DNA of 64,000 nt from an uncultured bacterium. Its GTDB lineage: Bacteria; Abyssobacteria; SURF-5. Shown here one piece after another: positions 1-10,626 of this stretch. The stretch spans positions 1-64,000 of the forward strand of contig CAZSKP010000001.1 in NCBI GenBank assembly GCA_964607485.1, written 5' to 3'. Position 1 is the first letter of the stretch; every line of letters starts with the position of its first letter. A model generated the notes under the pieces. That model made no database searches. It was given only the letters and a program-made list of their open reading frames with translations, and was not told the DNA's origin. The translations under genes were made by a program, and so were the position numbers.

Positions 1-480
1 GTCCTCGACCTGATGATACATGACCTCGACGTGATCCTCAGCATTCTGAACTCGCCGGTCGAGCGGGTAATCGACGCGGTCGGAGTGCCGTTGGTGTCGG
101 AATACGAAGACATAGCCAATGCGCGGCTTCTGTTTCAGAACGGGTGCGTCGCCAACGTCACGGCGAGCCGCATCTCGGCCGAACCCATGCGCAAGATTCG
201 CGTGTTCCAGCCATACACCTACTTCTCGCTCGACTACGCGGCTCAGGAGATCAAGTGTTTCCACTTGAAGAGAGGTCCGATCGATTGGAACGACCCGCAG
301 ACGCTCGTCATCGACGAAATCACCGTGGACAAAGAGGAACCGCTCAGGCGCGAGATCATGGCGTTCACCGACAGCGTGCTCGGCGGCCGGCCCCCGGCCG
401 TTTCGGGACAAGACGCCCGAGAGGCGCTCGACGTAGCAACGCGCATCCTTAAGGTCATACGCAGCAGAAAATACGAATGA
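1..480 (+). CDS. Gfo/Idh/MocA family oxidoreductase, C-terminal part (truncated by window edge); possibly GnnA-like
   Basis: DLMIHDLD motif, ANVTASRIS and EEPLRREI; stop overlaps the lpxB start (ATGA). Confidence 0.8.
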   Translation, partial: VLDLMIHDLDVILSILNSPVERVIDAVGVPLVSEYEDIANARLLFQNGCVANVTASRISAEPMRKIRVFQPYTYFSLDYAAQEIKCFHLKRGPIDWNDPQTLVIDEITVDKEEPLRREIMAFTDSVLGGRPPAVSGQDAREALDVATRILKVIRSRKYE

Positions 481-1649
481 ACGAGAAAAGGGTTTTCATA
501 GTCGCCGGAGAGGCCTCCGGCGACGCACATGCGGCCCGATTGATTCGCGCGCTGAAGGCGGCCGTCGCCGACCTGCGCGTGGAGGGGCTGGGCGGCGAAA
601 GCATGCAGCGGGCGGGCTGCCAACTCCGGGCCGACCTCGCTTCCAGCGCCGTGATGGGATTTGCGCACGTAATAAGAAACATTCGTTTCTTCCGCAGGAA
701 GCTTTCTGAAACGGCTGAGTATCTTCAAGAGTATCGGCCCGATGTGCTGGTGCTGGTGGATTATCCGGGGTTCAACCTGAGACTGGCCGCGGCGGCGAAG
801 AGGCACGACATTCCGGTCGTCTATTACATCAGCCCGCAGGTCTGGGCATGGAGGCCGCGACGAATTCACAAGATAGCGCGGCTCGTTGACAAGATGATAG
901 TCATCCTCCCGTTCGAGGAGGAAATTTACAAGAAAGTCGGCGTCGAGGTCACGTACGTGGGGCATCCGCTTCTCGACAGCATCTCGGAGGTCGCGCTCGA
1001 CACGGATTTCATGGAACAGATGGATATCCCCGACCCCTTGAGCCTCATCGGACTTCTGCCGGGAAGCCGAAAACAGGAGATACGAACTCTCCTGCCCGCG
1101 ATGATCGAAACGGCCAAGATTCTTTTGAAGCAGATGCCGCGGGCCACGTTCCTTGTGCCCTGCAGCAGCCCCGGCATCATGGAGCTTGCGCGCGAAATCA
1201 TCGGAGACGAGCAGCTCCCGGTGACACTCTTGCTGGGGAAGATCTACGAGGTGGCCAAGCTCTCTCGATGCTGCATAGTCGCCTCGGGGACGGCGGCGCT
1301 GGAGGTGGCATGCTTTCATACTCCGCTCGTGGTGGTGTACAAGACGGGCCATCTGACGTGGATTGTCGGGAGGCGCTTGCTCCATGTTCCCCACGTCTCG
1401 CTGGTCAATATCCTGGCGGGGGAGGAAATCGTTCCCGAGATACTGCAGTACCGCATGCGGCCGCAACTGCTGGCCGACACGGTGGCCGAGCTCTGCCGTG
1501 AGGGCGAGAGGCGGCAGAAGATGGTCTCCGACCTGCAAAGCGTCCGCGAACGCCTGGGAACGCCCGGCGCGTCGATGAGGGCTGCCGAGGCCGTGCGTGA
1601 GCTGTTGGAGCGCAAGAGGCCGAGCCCGATGCCCGCCGCGGCTCCATAA
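477..1649 (+). CDS. lpxB: Lipid-A-disaccharide synthase
   Basis: AGEASGD, DYPGFN, YYISPQVWAWR, LLPGSR and ASGTAALE motifs. Confidence 0.97.
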   Translation: MNEKRVFIVAGEASGDAHAARLIRALKAAVADLRVEGLGGESMQRAGCQLRADLASSAVMGFAHVIRNIRFFRRKLSETAEYLQEYRPDVLVLVDYPGFNLRLAAAAKRHDIPVVYYISPQVWAWRPRRIHKIARLVDKMIVILPFEEEIYKKVGVEVTYVGHPLLDSISEVALDTDFMEQMDIPDPLSLIGLLPGSRKQEIRTLLPAMIETAKILLKQMPRATFLVPCSSPGIMELAREIIGDEQLPVTLLLGKIYEVAKLSRCCIVASGTAALEVACFHTPLVVVYKTGHLTWIVGRRLLHVPHVSLVNILAGEEIVPEILQYRMRPQLLADTVAELCREGERRQKMVSDLQSVRERLGTPGASMRAAEAVRELLERKRPSPMPAAAP

Positions 1650-1667
1650 CAGGGTGTGTAACCACCA

Positions 1668-4403
1668 ATGGCTCGAAAGAAAAAGAAGATATATTTGATA
1701 GACGGGCATTCATACGCCTATCGCGCATTCCACGCGATAGGGCAGTTGACGGATTCGAGCGGGCTTGCGCTCAACGCGGTGTACGGATTCACGCGCATGC
1801 TCCTGAAGCTCATAAAGGACGAACAGCCCGACTACATCGCGGTGGCCTTCGATACTCCGAGCAAGACGTTCAGGCACGACATCTACGACCAGTACAAAGC
1901 CAACCGCGCCGAACAGCCCGAGGAGATGCGCCACCAGATTCCCCTGATCAAAGAGGTCGTGGACGGCTTCAATATTTCAATGTTCGAGCTGGACGGCTAC
2001 GAGGCCGACGACGTGCTCGCCACCCTGGCGAACGAGGCGGAGTCGAAGGGAATCGAGGCGATCATCGTCACGGGCGACAAGGACATGCTGCAGCTCGTGT
2101 CGGACAACGTGAAGGTGCTCAACCCGCACAAGGAGAATCTTCTCTACGATGCCGAAGCCGTCAGGAGCCGTTTCGGCGTCGGGCCGGAACAAATGTGCGA
2201 CCTGCTCGCCATGGCGGGCGACCCGTCGGACAACGTTCCCGGCGTTCCGGGCGTCGGCCCGAAGACCGCCGCGGACTTGCTGAACGAGTACGGAACGCTG
2301 GAAGGAGTATTCGAGCACGTTGACGAGGTCCGGGGCCCGAAACGCCGGGAGAACCTCCGCCAGAACAAAGACAAGGCGTTGCTGAGCCGGGAGCTGGTGA
2401 CCATCAAGCGCGACGTTCCTCTCGACATAGAACTTGAAAACTGCAAGCTGAGAAAATACGACTCGAAGAAACTCGTCGAGTTGTTCAAGAAACTCGAATT
2501 CCGCTCGCTGGTCAACGAGGTGGCCGAAGTCGAGGAGGCGACGGACGCCGACTACTCAATCCTCGACGACGAGAATCAACTGAACAAGTTGCTGAAGAAG
2601 ATGAAGAAGTCGGGCGGCTTCACGTTCGACTTCGAGACCACGAGCGAGGACCCGATGCGCGCGAAGCTGGTCGGAGTTTCAGTCGCCACTGAACCCCGGT
2701 CGGCGGTGTATATCCCCGTGGGTCACGCGGCTGAGGCGTTTTCCGCGGCCGGCGCAGAAGGAGACGGAGGCGAGCTTTTCGGTCAGGCTCCTCCCAGACA
2801 GCTAGACGCCACGCTTGTGCTGAAAAGCCTGAAGCCGTTGCTCGAGGACGAATCCATCAGGAAGAACGGACAAAACATCAAGTACGAGATGGTCATCCTC
2901 GCGCGAAACGGAGTCGACCTCGAGGGCGTGGATTTCGACACGATGGTGGCCTCGTACCTGCTGAATCCCTCGAAGCTGAACCACAACCTCGACCAGCTTG
3001 CGCTCGACTTCCTGAATTATCGGAAGATTCCCATAGAGAAGCTCATCGGCAAGGGCGCAGGACAACGAACGATGGACATGGTGAGCGTGAGGGAGGTCGC
3101 CGATTATTCTTGTGAGGACTCCGACACCACCCTGCGCCTGAGAGAACTCTTAGAGCCGATGTTGAAGGAGAAGGACCTGTATGAGCTTTTTGAGCGCGTC
3201 GAGATTCCCCTCATAAAAGTGTTGGCGAAGATGGAGCTGTGTGGAGTCTGTGTGGATGTCGGTGTGCTCCGCGACCTTTCACTATTGTTGGCGAAACAGT
3301 TGGAAGGGCTTGAGAAGGAGATATACGGGCTGGTCGGACGGGAATTCAACATAAACTCGACGCAGCAACTGGGCAAGATCCTGTTTGAAGAGATGAAGAT
3401 GCCCTCGGGGAAGAAGACCAAGACGGGCTACTCGACCGATGTCGCCGTTCTGGAGAAGCTCGCCGTCGAGCATGAGCTGCCGAAGAAGGTGCTGGAATAC
3501 CGGACGTTGAGCAAATTGAAATCCACCTATATCGACGCCCTTCCGAATCTGGTCAACCCGGAGACGGGCCGAATTCACACGTCGTTCAACCAGACCGTCA
3601 CCGCCACCGGACGCCTCAGCAGCAGCGAGCCGAACCTTCAGAATATTCCCATCAGGTCGGAGCTCGGGCGCGAAATCAGGCGCGCGTTCGTACCGTCCGA
3701 CCGGGGGAGCGTGCTCCTGTCGGCCGATTATTCGCAGATAGAGCTCAGGATTCTCGCGCACTTGAGCCAGGACGACGAGCTGTGCCGCGCGTTCAAGGAG
3801 GGCGTTGATGTACACGACCAGACGAGCTCGAAGATATTCAACGTCCCCCTCGACCGCATAACTCCCGAGATGAGGCGCAGGGCGAAGGTGGCGAATTACG
3901 GAATCTTGTACGGCATATCGGCGGCGAAGCTTGCCGTGGACATCGGAATCAAGTTGGACGACGCGAAAGGATTCATCGAAGAGTACTTCAAGATCTTCCC
4001 CCGCGTGAAAGGGTACATCGACTCGGTCATCGAGGAGGCCCGCCGGCTCGGCTACGTGACCACCATCATGAACCGGCGGCGTTACATTCCCGACATCAAC
4101 AGCCAGAACTTCGGCGTCAGACGGTTTGCGGAGCGCACCGCCATCAACACGCCTATTCAGGGGTCGGCCGCCGACCTCATCAAGATTGCGATGATACAGA
4201 TAGACGACCGGATGAGTTCGCTGCGGCTTCGGTCGAGGATGATCCTGCAGGTGCACGACGAATTGCTGTTCGAGGTGCCCCTGGATGAAGTGGAGCGCAT
4301 GAGAGCGATGGTGAAGGAGATGATGGAGACGGCGTACACATTGAGCGTGCCCATCGTCGCCGATGTGCGCACGGGCGCCAATTGGCTGGAGGCGCACGAT
4401 TGA
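1668..4403 (+). CDS. polA: DNA polymerase I
   Basis: 911 aa; 5'-3' exonuclease (LIDGHSYAYRAF, GYEADD), 3'-5' exonuclease-like domain, polymerase motifs ADYSQIELR and LQVHDEL. Confidence 0.99.
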   Translation: MARKKKKIYLIDGHSYAYRAFHAIGQLTDSSGLALNAVYGFTRMLLKLIKDEQPDYIAVAFDTPSKTFRHDIYDQYKANRAEQPEEMRHQIPLIKEVVDGFNISMFELDGYEADDVLATLANEAESKGIEAIIVTGDKDMLQLVSDNVKVLNPHKENLLYDAEAVRSRFGVGPEQMCDLLAMAGDPSDNVPGVPGVGPKTAADLLNEYGTLEGVFEHVDEVRGPKRRENLRQNKDKALLSRELVTIKRDVPLDIELENCKLRKYDSKKLVELFKKLEFRSLVNEVAEVEEATDADYSILDDENQLNKLLKKMKKSGGFTFDFETTSEDPMRAKLVGVSVATEPRSAVYIPVGHAAEAFSAAGAEGDGGELFGQAPPRQLDATLVLKSLKPLLEDESIRKNGQNIKYEMVILARNGVDLEGVDFDTMVASYLLNPSKLNHNLDQLALDFLNYRKIPIEKLIGKGAGQRTMDMVSVREVADYSCEDSDTTLRLRELLEPMLKEKDLYELFERVEIPLIKVLAKMELCGVCVDVGVLRDLSLLLAKQLEGLEKEIYGLVGREFNINSTQQLGKILFEEMKMPSGKKTKTGYSTDVAVLEKLAVEHELPKKVLEYRTLSKLKSTYIDALPNLVNPETGRIHTSFNQTVTATGRLSSSEPNLQNIPIRSELGREIRRAFVPSDRGSVLLSADYSQIELRILAHLSQDDELCRAFKEGVDVHDQTSSKIFNVPLDRITPEMRRRAKVANYGILYGISAAKLAVDIGIKLDDAKGFIEEYFKIFPRVKGYIDSVIEEARRLGYVTTIMNRRRYIPDINSQNFGVRRFAERTAINTPIQGSAADLIKIAMIQIDDRMSSLRLRSRMILQVHDELLFEVPLDEVERMRAMVKEMMETAYTLSVPIVADVRTGANWLEAHD

Positions 4404-4520
4404 ACGCATGTATGACGATACCCATCAAAGGAGGGAGTGAGCCCGAACGAAAAAACACTGCTTGCATTCATTCAAGCGTAACCACAAAAAGAAACTCATG
4501 AAAGAGAGGATGAAAACTAG

Positions 4521-5771
4521 ATGAACCTTGCAGACCTGAAAGAACTAACCATACCGGAGCTGTCAAAAATGGCGAAGGAGCTGAGTATCAACGGCTACAG
4601 CAGCCTCAAGAAGCAAGAGTTGATATTCAAGATTCTTCAAGCCAAAATCGAGTCGGAGGGCTCCATCTACGGAGAGGGCGTTCTCGAAATACTGCCCGAC
4701 GGATTCGGGTTCTTGCGTTCGCCCAATTACAATTATCTGCCCGGGCCCGACGACATCTACATCTCGCCCTCGCAGATACGGAGGTTCGGCCTCCGAACGG
4801 GCGACACCATCTCGGGACAGATACGGCCCCCGAAGGAGGGAGAACGCTATTTCGCCCTGCTGAGGGTCGAGGCGGTCAACTTCGAGGACCCAGAGGCTGC
4901 GAAGGAAAAGATTATCTTCGACAACCTCACTCCGCTGTATCCCGAGCAACGGATACCCCTCGAGACCAAGTCGGAAGAAATTTCGATGCGGATAATGGAC
5001 CTGCTGACTCCCATCGGCAAGGGACAGCGCGGGCTCATCGTGGCCGCGCCGAGGACCGGCAAGACGATACTCCTGCAAAAGCTCGCGAACAGCGTTGCCG
5101 TCAACCAGCCGGAAATAGTCCTCATCGTGCTGCTCATAGACGAGCGTCCCGAAGAGGTGACCGACATGGAGCGGTCCGTCGTCGGCGAGGTGATAAGTTC
5201 GACCTTCGACGAACCGGCCGAGCGGCACGTGCAGGTGGCCGAGATGGTCATGGAAAAGGCAAAACGCCTCGTCGAGCATCAGAAGGACGTCGTGATTCTG
5301 CTCGACAGCATCACGCGGCTGGCGAGGGCCTATAACACGATCATCCCCCCCAGCGGGAAAGTGCTCTCCGGAGGCATCGACTCCAACGCGCTTCAGCGAC
5401 CCAAGCGCTTCTTCGGCGCCGCGCGCAACATAGAGGACGGAGGCAGCCTGACGATTCTCGCCACGGCGCTCATCGACACCGGCAGCCGGATGGACGATGT
5501 CATATTCGAGGAGTTCAAGGGAACGGGCAACATGGAGGTCCATCTCGACAGACGCCTGGTGGACAAGCGCATCTTCCCGTCGATAGACATCAACAAGTCG
5601 GGAACCCGGAAGGAAGAGCTTCTGCTCACGCCCGAGGAGTTGAACAAGGTGTGGATTCTGAGGAAGGTGCTGAATCCGCTCGGATCCGTCGAGGCGCTGG
5701 AACTGCTCCAGGAAAAGATGCTAAAGACCAAAAGCAACAAAGAGTTCTTGGATTCGATGCAGAAGATGTAA
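4521..5771 (+). CDS. rho: Transcription termination factor Rho
   Basis: [33 protein letters not shown] and EEFKGTGN motifs. Confidence 0.99.
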   Translation: MNLADLKELTIPELSKMAKELSINGYSSLKKQELIFKILQAKIESEGSIYGEGVLEILPDGFGFLRSPNYNYLPGPDDIYISPSQIRRFGLRTGDTISGQIRPPKEGERYFALLRVEAVNFEDPEAAKEKIIFDNLTPLYPEQRIPLETKSEEISMRIMDLLTPIGKGQRGLIVAAPRTGKTILLQKLANSVAVNQPEIVLIVLLIDERPEEVTDMERSVVGEVISSTFDEPAERHVQVAEMVMEKAKRLVEHQKDVVILLDSITRLARAYNTIIPPSGKVLSGGIDSNALQRPKRFFGAARNIEDGGSLTILATALIDTGSRMDDVIFEEFKGTGNMEVHLDRRLVDKRIFPSIDINKSGTRKEELLLTPEELNKVWILRKVLNPLGSVEALELLQEKMLKTKSNKEFLDSMQKM

Positions 5772-5788
5772 CCGCCGGCCGCGCCGTT

Positions 5789-6868
5789 TCAGGTCCGCGC
5801 CCTCAACATCAGCCCGGCGCCGATGCCCAGGAAGAGGAAGTTGGCCAGCCAGGCTGAAACCGCAGCCGGAAGAGAGCCTCCCTTTCCGAGAGCCAATCCT
5901 ATCTGAAACGTCCCGAAATAGAGAAGGGCGACCATCAGGCTGAGGGCAAATCCGAGCGTCAGCCCTCCCCTTCGACATTCCAGCGCGAAGGACAGCGCCA
6001 GAAAAACGACGATTATGTGCGCCACGGGGAAGGCAAACTTCATGTGGTAGTCCACCCTAAGCCGACGGGCGTCGTATCCGCTCTTCTCCAGGTTCTTTAT
6101 CTGACGCCTCAGTTGGCGAAAGCTGAACTCGCCCGTTCCCGCCGAGTAGATTTCGAGCGTCTTGGGAGATTCCCTGAAAGGCGCCTTCATATCCGAGAAC
6201 GGAGTGTTTTCCACGACGACCCCGTTTGCGTCGAACTTTTTGACGGCGCCGTTCTTGAGGTACCATCTGGAATCATCCTTGTCCCAGACGGCTCTCTCCG
6301 CGTCAATTCGTTCGACGATCGAGCCGTCTTTCATCGTGTGGACGTGCACCCCTTTGAGGATGCCGTGTTCCACGTCCACTTCGTCGAAGAAGTAGAACCT
6401 GTTGCGCCTCGCGATGCCGGCGATGTCGAAAAGGCGGGAGTTCGCTTCGTCGGTGGTGAAATCGTTTTCGTCTATCTCGCGAGCCCTGAGGATGGCTCCC
6501 GGCACGACGAACTCCTGCACGCAGAAGACGCCCAGGCACAGGAGCACGCCCAAGGCGAACACGGGCAGGCCGACCCTGTATATGCTGATGCCCCCGGCCA
6601 GCATCGCCGTGAACTCGTTGTTCTTGGCGAGGCTGCCCAACACGAAAAGCGCGGACACGAGGAAGCCCACCCACGACGTCTCGACGAATACCTTCGGCAG
6701 AAGACAGCCGTAGTACACTGCGATGAGCCCCACCGGCGCGTGATGCCTGGTGACCATTTCGATATTTTCCATGAAATCCACAAACACGAAGAAGACCGCC
6801 ATCATCCCGATGAAAGCGAAATAGTAGATGATCAGGCGGCGGGTGATGTATTTGGTGAGGATGCTCAT
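5789..6868 (-). CDS. lptG: LPS export permease, LptF/LptG family
   Basis: 3 TM + periplasmic domain + 3 TM; NNEFTAMLAGGIS; SAWLAN at the C-terminus; follows its lptF paralog. Confidence 0.85.
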   Translation of the reverse strand: MSILTKYITRRLIIYYFAFIGMMAVFFVFVDFMENIEMVTRHHAPVGLIAVYYGCLLPKVFVETSWVGFLVSALFVLGSLAKNNEFTAMLAGGISIYRVGLPVFALGVLLCLGVFCVQEFVVPGAILRAREIDENDFTTDEANSRLFDIAGIARRNRFYFFDEVDVEHGILKGVHVHTMKDGSIVERIDAERAVWDKDDSRWYLKNGAVKKFDANGVVVENTPFSDMKAPFRESPKTLEIYSAGTGEFSFRQLRRQIKNLEKSGYDARRLRVDYHMKFAFPVAHIIVVFLALSFALECRRGGLTLGFALSLMVALLYFGTFQIGLALGKGGSLPAAVSAWLANFLFLGIGAGLMLRART

Positions 6869-6876
6869 GGATTGGG

Positions 6877-7995
6877 TTACCGCCTTTCAGCCCTGATCAT
6901 GAGGACTATGCCCGCCACGCCGATAATCATATTGGGCAGCCACATCGCGATCAGCGGGTTCATCACGCCCTTCTCGGAAAGAGTCTCGCCCATGATCAGG
7001 AGCGCGTAATATGCGAGCGTCAATCCGGCGCAAACGGTCAGCCCGTAAAACCGGCGGGACTTGTAAGGAATTATCCCCAGAGGCGCCCCGATGAGCACAA
7101 ACGTGAGCGGCATGAAGGCCAGAGCCGTCTGCTCGCTGATGTGACCGAGCAGCTCTCGCTTTTCCTCCGGCTCGAGCGAGGGAGACGAGAGCTCCCGGGC
7201 GAGCTGCTGTATCGACATTTCTTTTTTCGGAACAGAATCGAGGCTTTGATATTTCCTTATGTAGCGGTCCAACTCGTCTATGTTCACTGGGATCGTCATC
7301 GTGCTGAACGTCGTGGTCGAGTACTCGTCCGGATGCTCCATGTCGTACTCGTGAACAGACCCATCGCTGAGTTCGAGAAACACTTCCTCACGGCTGCTGT
7401 CGATGTATATTCTCCCCGACTTCGCCACCATGGTGCGGGAGGGTTTGCCTTTTTCGTTGATCAACACCTTGACATCTTTCAGCAGCATGCGCTTGTCGTC
7501 GATGTTGCCGACGAAGATGCGCATGTTGTTGATCTCGGGCGTCCACGCCTGCTCGCTCAAAACCAATGTTGGTCGTTTCAATACCATTTCAATTATGGAC
7601 ACTTTCAGCCTGTGCCTGGCCCACGGCGACACTTCCGCACGCACGGCGAGCAGAAAAATTGTCGCGGCGACGCCTGTCAGAATCGCCGGAGCGAATATTT
7701 TTCGCATCGGGATTCCGGCCGCCTTCATCGCGATAACCTCGCAATCCTGCGAGAGTTGAATGAAGGCGATGAGCGTGGCGAAAAGGAGAGCGATGGGTAT
7801 GGTGTAGGGTATCAACTGCGGCAGCACATAGAATATCATCATTCCTATCTCACTCAAGGCGAGCCCTTTGTTCAGGAACCGGTCGGCCAGTTCGCGGAGG
7901 AGCCTGCCCATCAACATGAGAAACGTTATGACCGTGAACGCAATCGAAAATGGAACGACAATTTCCTTCACTACGTGTTTCTGTAAGACTTTCAT
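6877..7995 (-). CDS. lptF: LPS export permease, LptF/LptG family
   Basis: LSQDCEVIAMKAAGI and AMWLPN motifs; tandem with lptG. Confidence 0.85.
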   Translation of the reverse strand: MKVLQKHVVKEIVVPFSIAFTVITFLMLMGRLLRELADRFLNKGLALSEIGMMIFYVLPQLIPYTIPIALLFATLIAFIQLSQDCEVIAMKAAGIPMRKIFAPAILTGVAATIFLLAVRAEVSPWARHRLKVSIIEMVLKRPTLVLSEQAWTPEINNMRIFVGNIDDKRMLLKDVKVLINEKGKPSRTMVAKSGRIYIDSSREEVFLELSDGSVHEYDMEHPDEYSTTTFSTMTIPVNIDELDRYIRKYQSLDSVPKKEMSIQQLARELSSPSLEPEEKRELLGHISEQTALAFMPLTFVLIGAPLGIIPYKSRRFYGLTVCAGLTLAYYALLIMGETLSEKGVMNPLIAMWLPNMIIGVAGIVLMIRAERR

Positions 7996-8134
7996 CTTTG
8001 AAGATTTTCAACTCCGTTGCGAAGTCCCGCGTGTCTTTTTGAGTGCATTATAGCACGCTGCGTCATGGGGGGTCAAAGGGAAGAACCGCGCCGCCGACGC
8101 GAATCGACCGCCCGCAGGGGCGGCATCGCAGCGG

Positions 8135-9310
8135 TCACAGAATTCGCATGAGGGCGCACTTCAGGTAGGCGGTTTCCGGCATGGCGAGGAGCGTCGGATG
8201 GTCGCAGGCCTGTCCCCTCCATTCGACGACGACCGCACTCCGGCGAGCCTTGCGCGCCGCGCTGGAGAGAATCTGCCAGAACCTCTCGCGCGAGATGTGG
8301 AACGAACACGAACAGCTTATCAGCAGCCCGTCGGACGAGACAAGCTTCATCGCGAGGCGGTTGAGCCTTTCGTACGCGGCCTCGCCCTGTTTGAGGTGGC
8401 GTTTGCTCTTGACGAGAGCCGGCGGGTCGAGAATGACGCAGTCGAACTTTTCTCCGCTCTGGACGAGCGCGTCGAGCTTGTCGAAGGCGTCGGCCGTCTC
8501 GAATGCGCAGGTGGAGCCGAGCGAGTTCGATTCGGCGTTTCGCCGGGCCGTCTCTATCGCGCGGGATGACGAATCGATTCCCAATACCTGCGCCGCCCCC
8601 GCCTTGGCCGCGTACAGCGCCCAGGCGCCCGTGTAGCAGAAGCAGTCGAGCACCCTGAGCCCTCGAAACAGGCCTTGCGCGGCGCGGCGGTTTTCGCGCT
8701 GGTCGAGGTAATACCCCGTCTTCTGGCCTTCCATGACATCGACATCAAAGAGGAGGCCGTCCTGCTCGATTCTGACGGGCGATTGAAGGTCGCCGCTGAG
8801 CACCCTGCTCTCGCCCGAGAAGCCCTCGAGTTCGGCCATGGGCGTGTCGGTTCGCAGAACCAGCGCTCTCGGGTCGAGCCCGACCGTCGGCAGAGCGCCC
8901 AACACTTCGCCCAGCCGCGTCTGCATCCCCAGCGTCGAAACCTGGATGACGCTCACGTCCGCATATTTGTCGATGACGAGGCCGGGGAGCCCGTCGGCCT
9001 CTCCGAAGACGGCGCGATAGCTCCCTTCGTCGGGAAACAGCCTCCGGCGGAGCGACAACGCGCGTGCGATCCTCTCGGCAAAAAAGTCCCGGTCTATCGA
9101 CTTCCTGTCTCTTGTCAGAATGCGAACGCATATGAGGGACTGCGGGTTCACGTATCCGCGACCGAGGAAGCTGCCGCCGTGAGTGAACACATCCACCGTC
9201 TCGCCCGGCTTGAAGTCTTGGTCGAGATTGGCGACCTCGTTGCTGAAAATCCACAGGTGCCCCGCCCTGACACGTCGGTCCTCGTTCTTCTTCAGCTTGA
9301 TCGTGCGCAC
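8135..9310 (-). CDS. RlmI-like class I SAM-dependent rRNA methyltransferase (PUA domain + MTase)
   Basis: GHLWIFSNE, GEADGLPGLVID, GQKTGYYLDQREN, ILDPPA and YLK motifs. Confidence 0.92.
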   Translation of the reverse strand: MRTIKLKKNEDRRVRAGHLWIFSNEVANLDQDFKPGETVDVFTHGGSFLGRGYVNPQSLICVRILTRDRKSIDRDFFAERIARALSLRRRLFPDEGSYRAVFGEADGLPGLVIDKYADVSVIQVSTLGMQTRLGEVLGALPTVGLDPRALVLRTDTPMAELEGFSGESRVLSGDLQSPVRIEQDGLLFDVDVMEGQKTGYYLDQRENRRAAQGLFRGLRVLDCFCYTGAWALYAAKAGAAQVLGIDSSSRAIETARRNAESNSLGSTCAFETADAFDKLDALVQSGEKFDCVILDPPALVKSKRHLKQGEAAYERLNRLAMKLVSSDGLLISCSCSFHISRERFWQILSSAARKARRSAVVVEWRGQACDHPTLLAMPETAYLKCALMRIL

Positions 9311-9332
9311 GTGTCTCCGCGTTCGGTACCCG

Positions 9333-10313
9333 CTATCGGGTCAGTTCTGCGGCCTTCGCGGCCGTTTCCTCCGCCATGGAAATGCATTTCGATATGATGT
9401 TGTCTTCGAAATACCGTCGGGCCTGCTCAGTGTCGCCGAAATCCGTCTGGGTAATCTCGCGGCAAAGGTGGGAGTGAAACTTACTTTCGAACCACTTGTA
9501 AAGCTCGCCGCAGCGCAGCAGGGCGTCGTTCGCGGGCGAAAGGTCGAGCCTGTTAAAAGCCGCGCTTCCCTGGATGAGCGTTAAGAGGAGGCGGCGGAAA
9601 AGCGCGAGTGTTCCCGTTTGGCTGGTGTCGCCGCCTCTCTTGAGACCTATTACGATGCAGCCTCCCAGCAGCGCCGCGCAGGTGGAGCCGGTGTAGCCGA
9701 TGCCGCCGTTGAGCGGAATGAGCGCGTTGGGCGGGAAGACGGGGCTCATATCGAGCTCTTCGGAGGCCAGCATGACAACCGAATAGGCGCAATGAAAGTT
9801 GTTGTCGGAGAACTTGCGGTTGAGGTCGTAGTAGCGGTCGTCCGGCAGCTCGTCCGCTTCGCCGACAATGTCGGCCAACATGTAGGCCGACTTCGAAGCG
9901 ACCTTTACGCAATTGCGCGACCTGCTGAGAATGTACTTACGAAGCTGCCAGCCGTCGTCGAAATCCGTTTGAGCGATGTCTTTGCACAGAGCGCCTCCCG
10001 ACTGTTTCGTGAAACGCCGGACGAATTCAGCCACATAGGCGCAGCCTCTGGCGGTTATCGCCGCCTGATCTTCGTCGGTCCCGGCGCTCGCAAGGGCGAG
10101 AGCCAGGGATCCGCCAACGAGGATGCCGCAGGCAGCGCCTTGATGTCCGACACCTCCGGCCAGTCCGGCGACCGATTTCAGCTTTTTTACATCTCCCAGA
10201 CCTAGGAGATCCTGCATGTTGAGCAGGGTTGCCTGCGCTCAATGGCCCATCTGCAACATGCGCGAGGCCGCCTTCTTTGCGGCGGCCTTCTTGTCAATGT
10301 ATTGCTTTGCCAT
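9333..10313 (-). CDS. Tandem two-domain C-GCAxxG-C-C family putative redox protein; predicted selenoprotein (Sec25, UGA at 10241-10239)
   Basis: AGGAGA RBS then ATG at 10313 reads MAKQYIDKKAAAKKAASRMLQMGH-TGA-AQATLLN in frame into ORF 9333..10217; H-U-A-Q matches H-C-A-Y of the second domain. Confidence 0.85.
10191..10210 (-). promoter_or_regulatory. Putative bacterial SECIS hairpin
   Basis: mRNA AUCUCCUA-GGUC-UGGGAGAU, 8-bp stem; loop begins 37 nt after the UGA. Confidence 0.6.
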
Positions 10314-10626
10314 TTCTCCTCCCGACGGTCAAAGTGCCTTTTTATCAATCGCCTGGACAGCCAAATACGCGCCGACCGTTCTCTACTATTGTAGGCTTGT
10401 GCGGTCAAATGTCAAGCAAAGGCGCGGAAAACGGGAGCGAACCGAATCTGTCTGATGATTACTCGGCGATGAGGACTGTCCCCACCGCGCCGGTTGACTT
10501 TGTTCGAGTGGTACACTAGAATTGTTGTGTCCGCAGGAATTCACCCCCTTTTCGAGGCGGATAAAGGCATCGATTCGTTCAACATCTTCGTGTATCCATA
10601 GATATGCTCATAGCGAGGGAGGCGAC

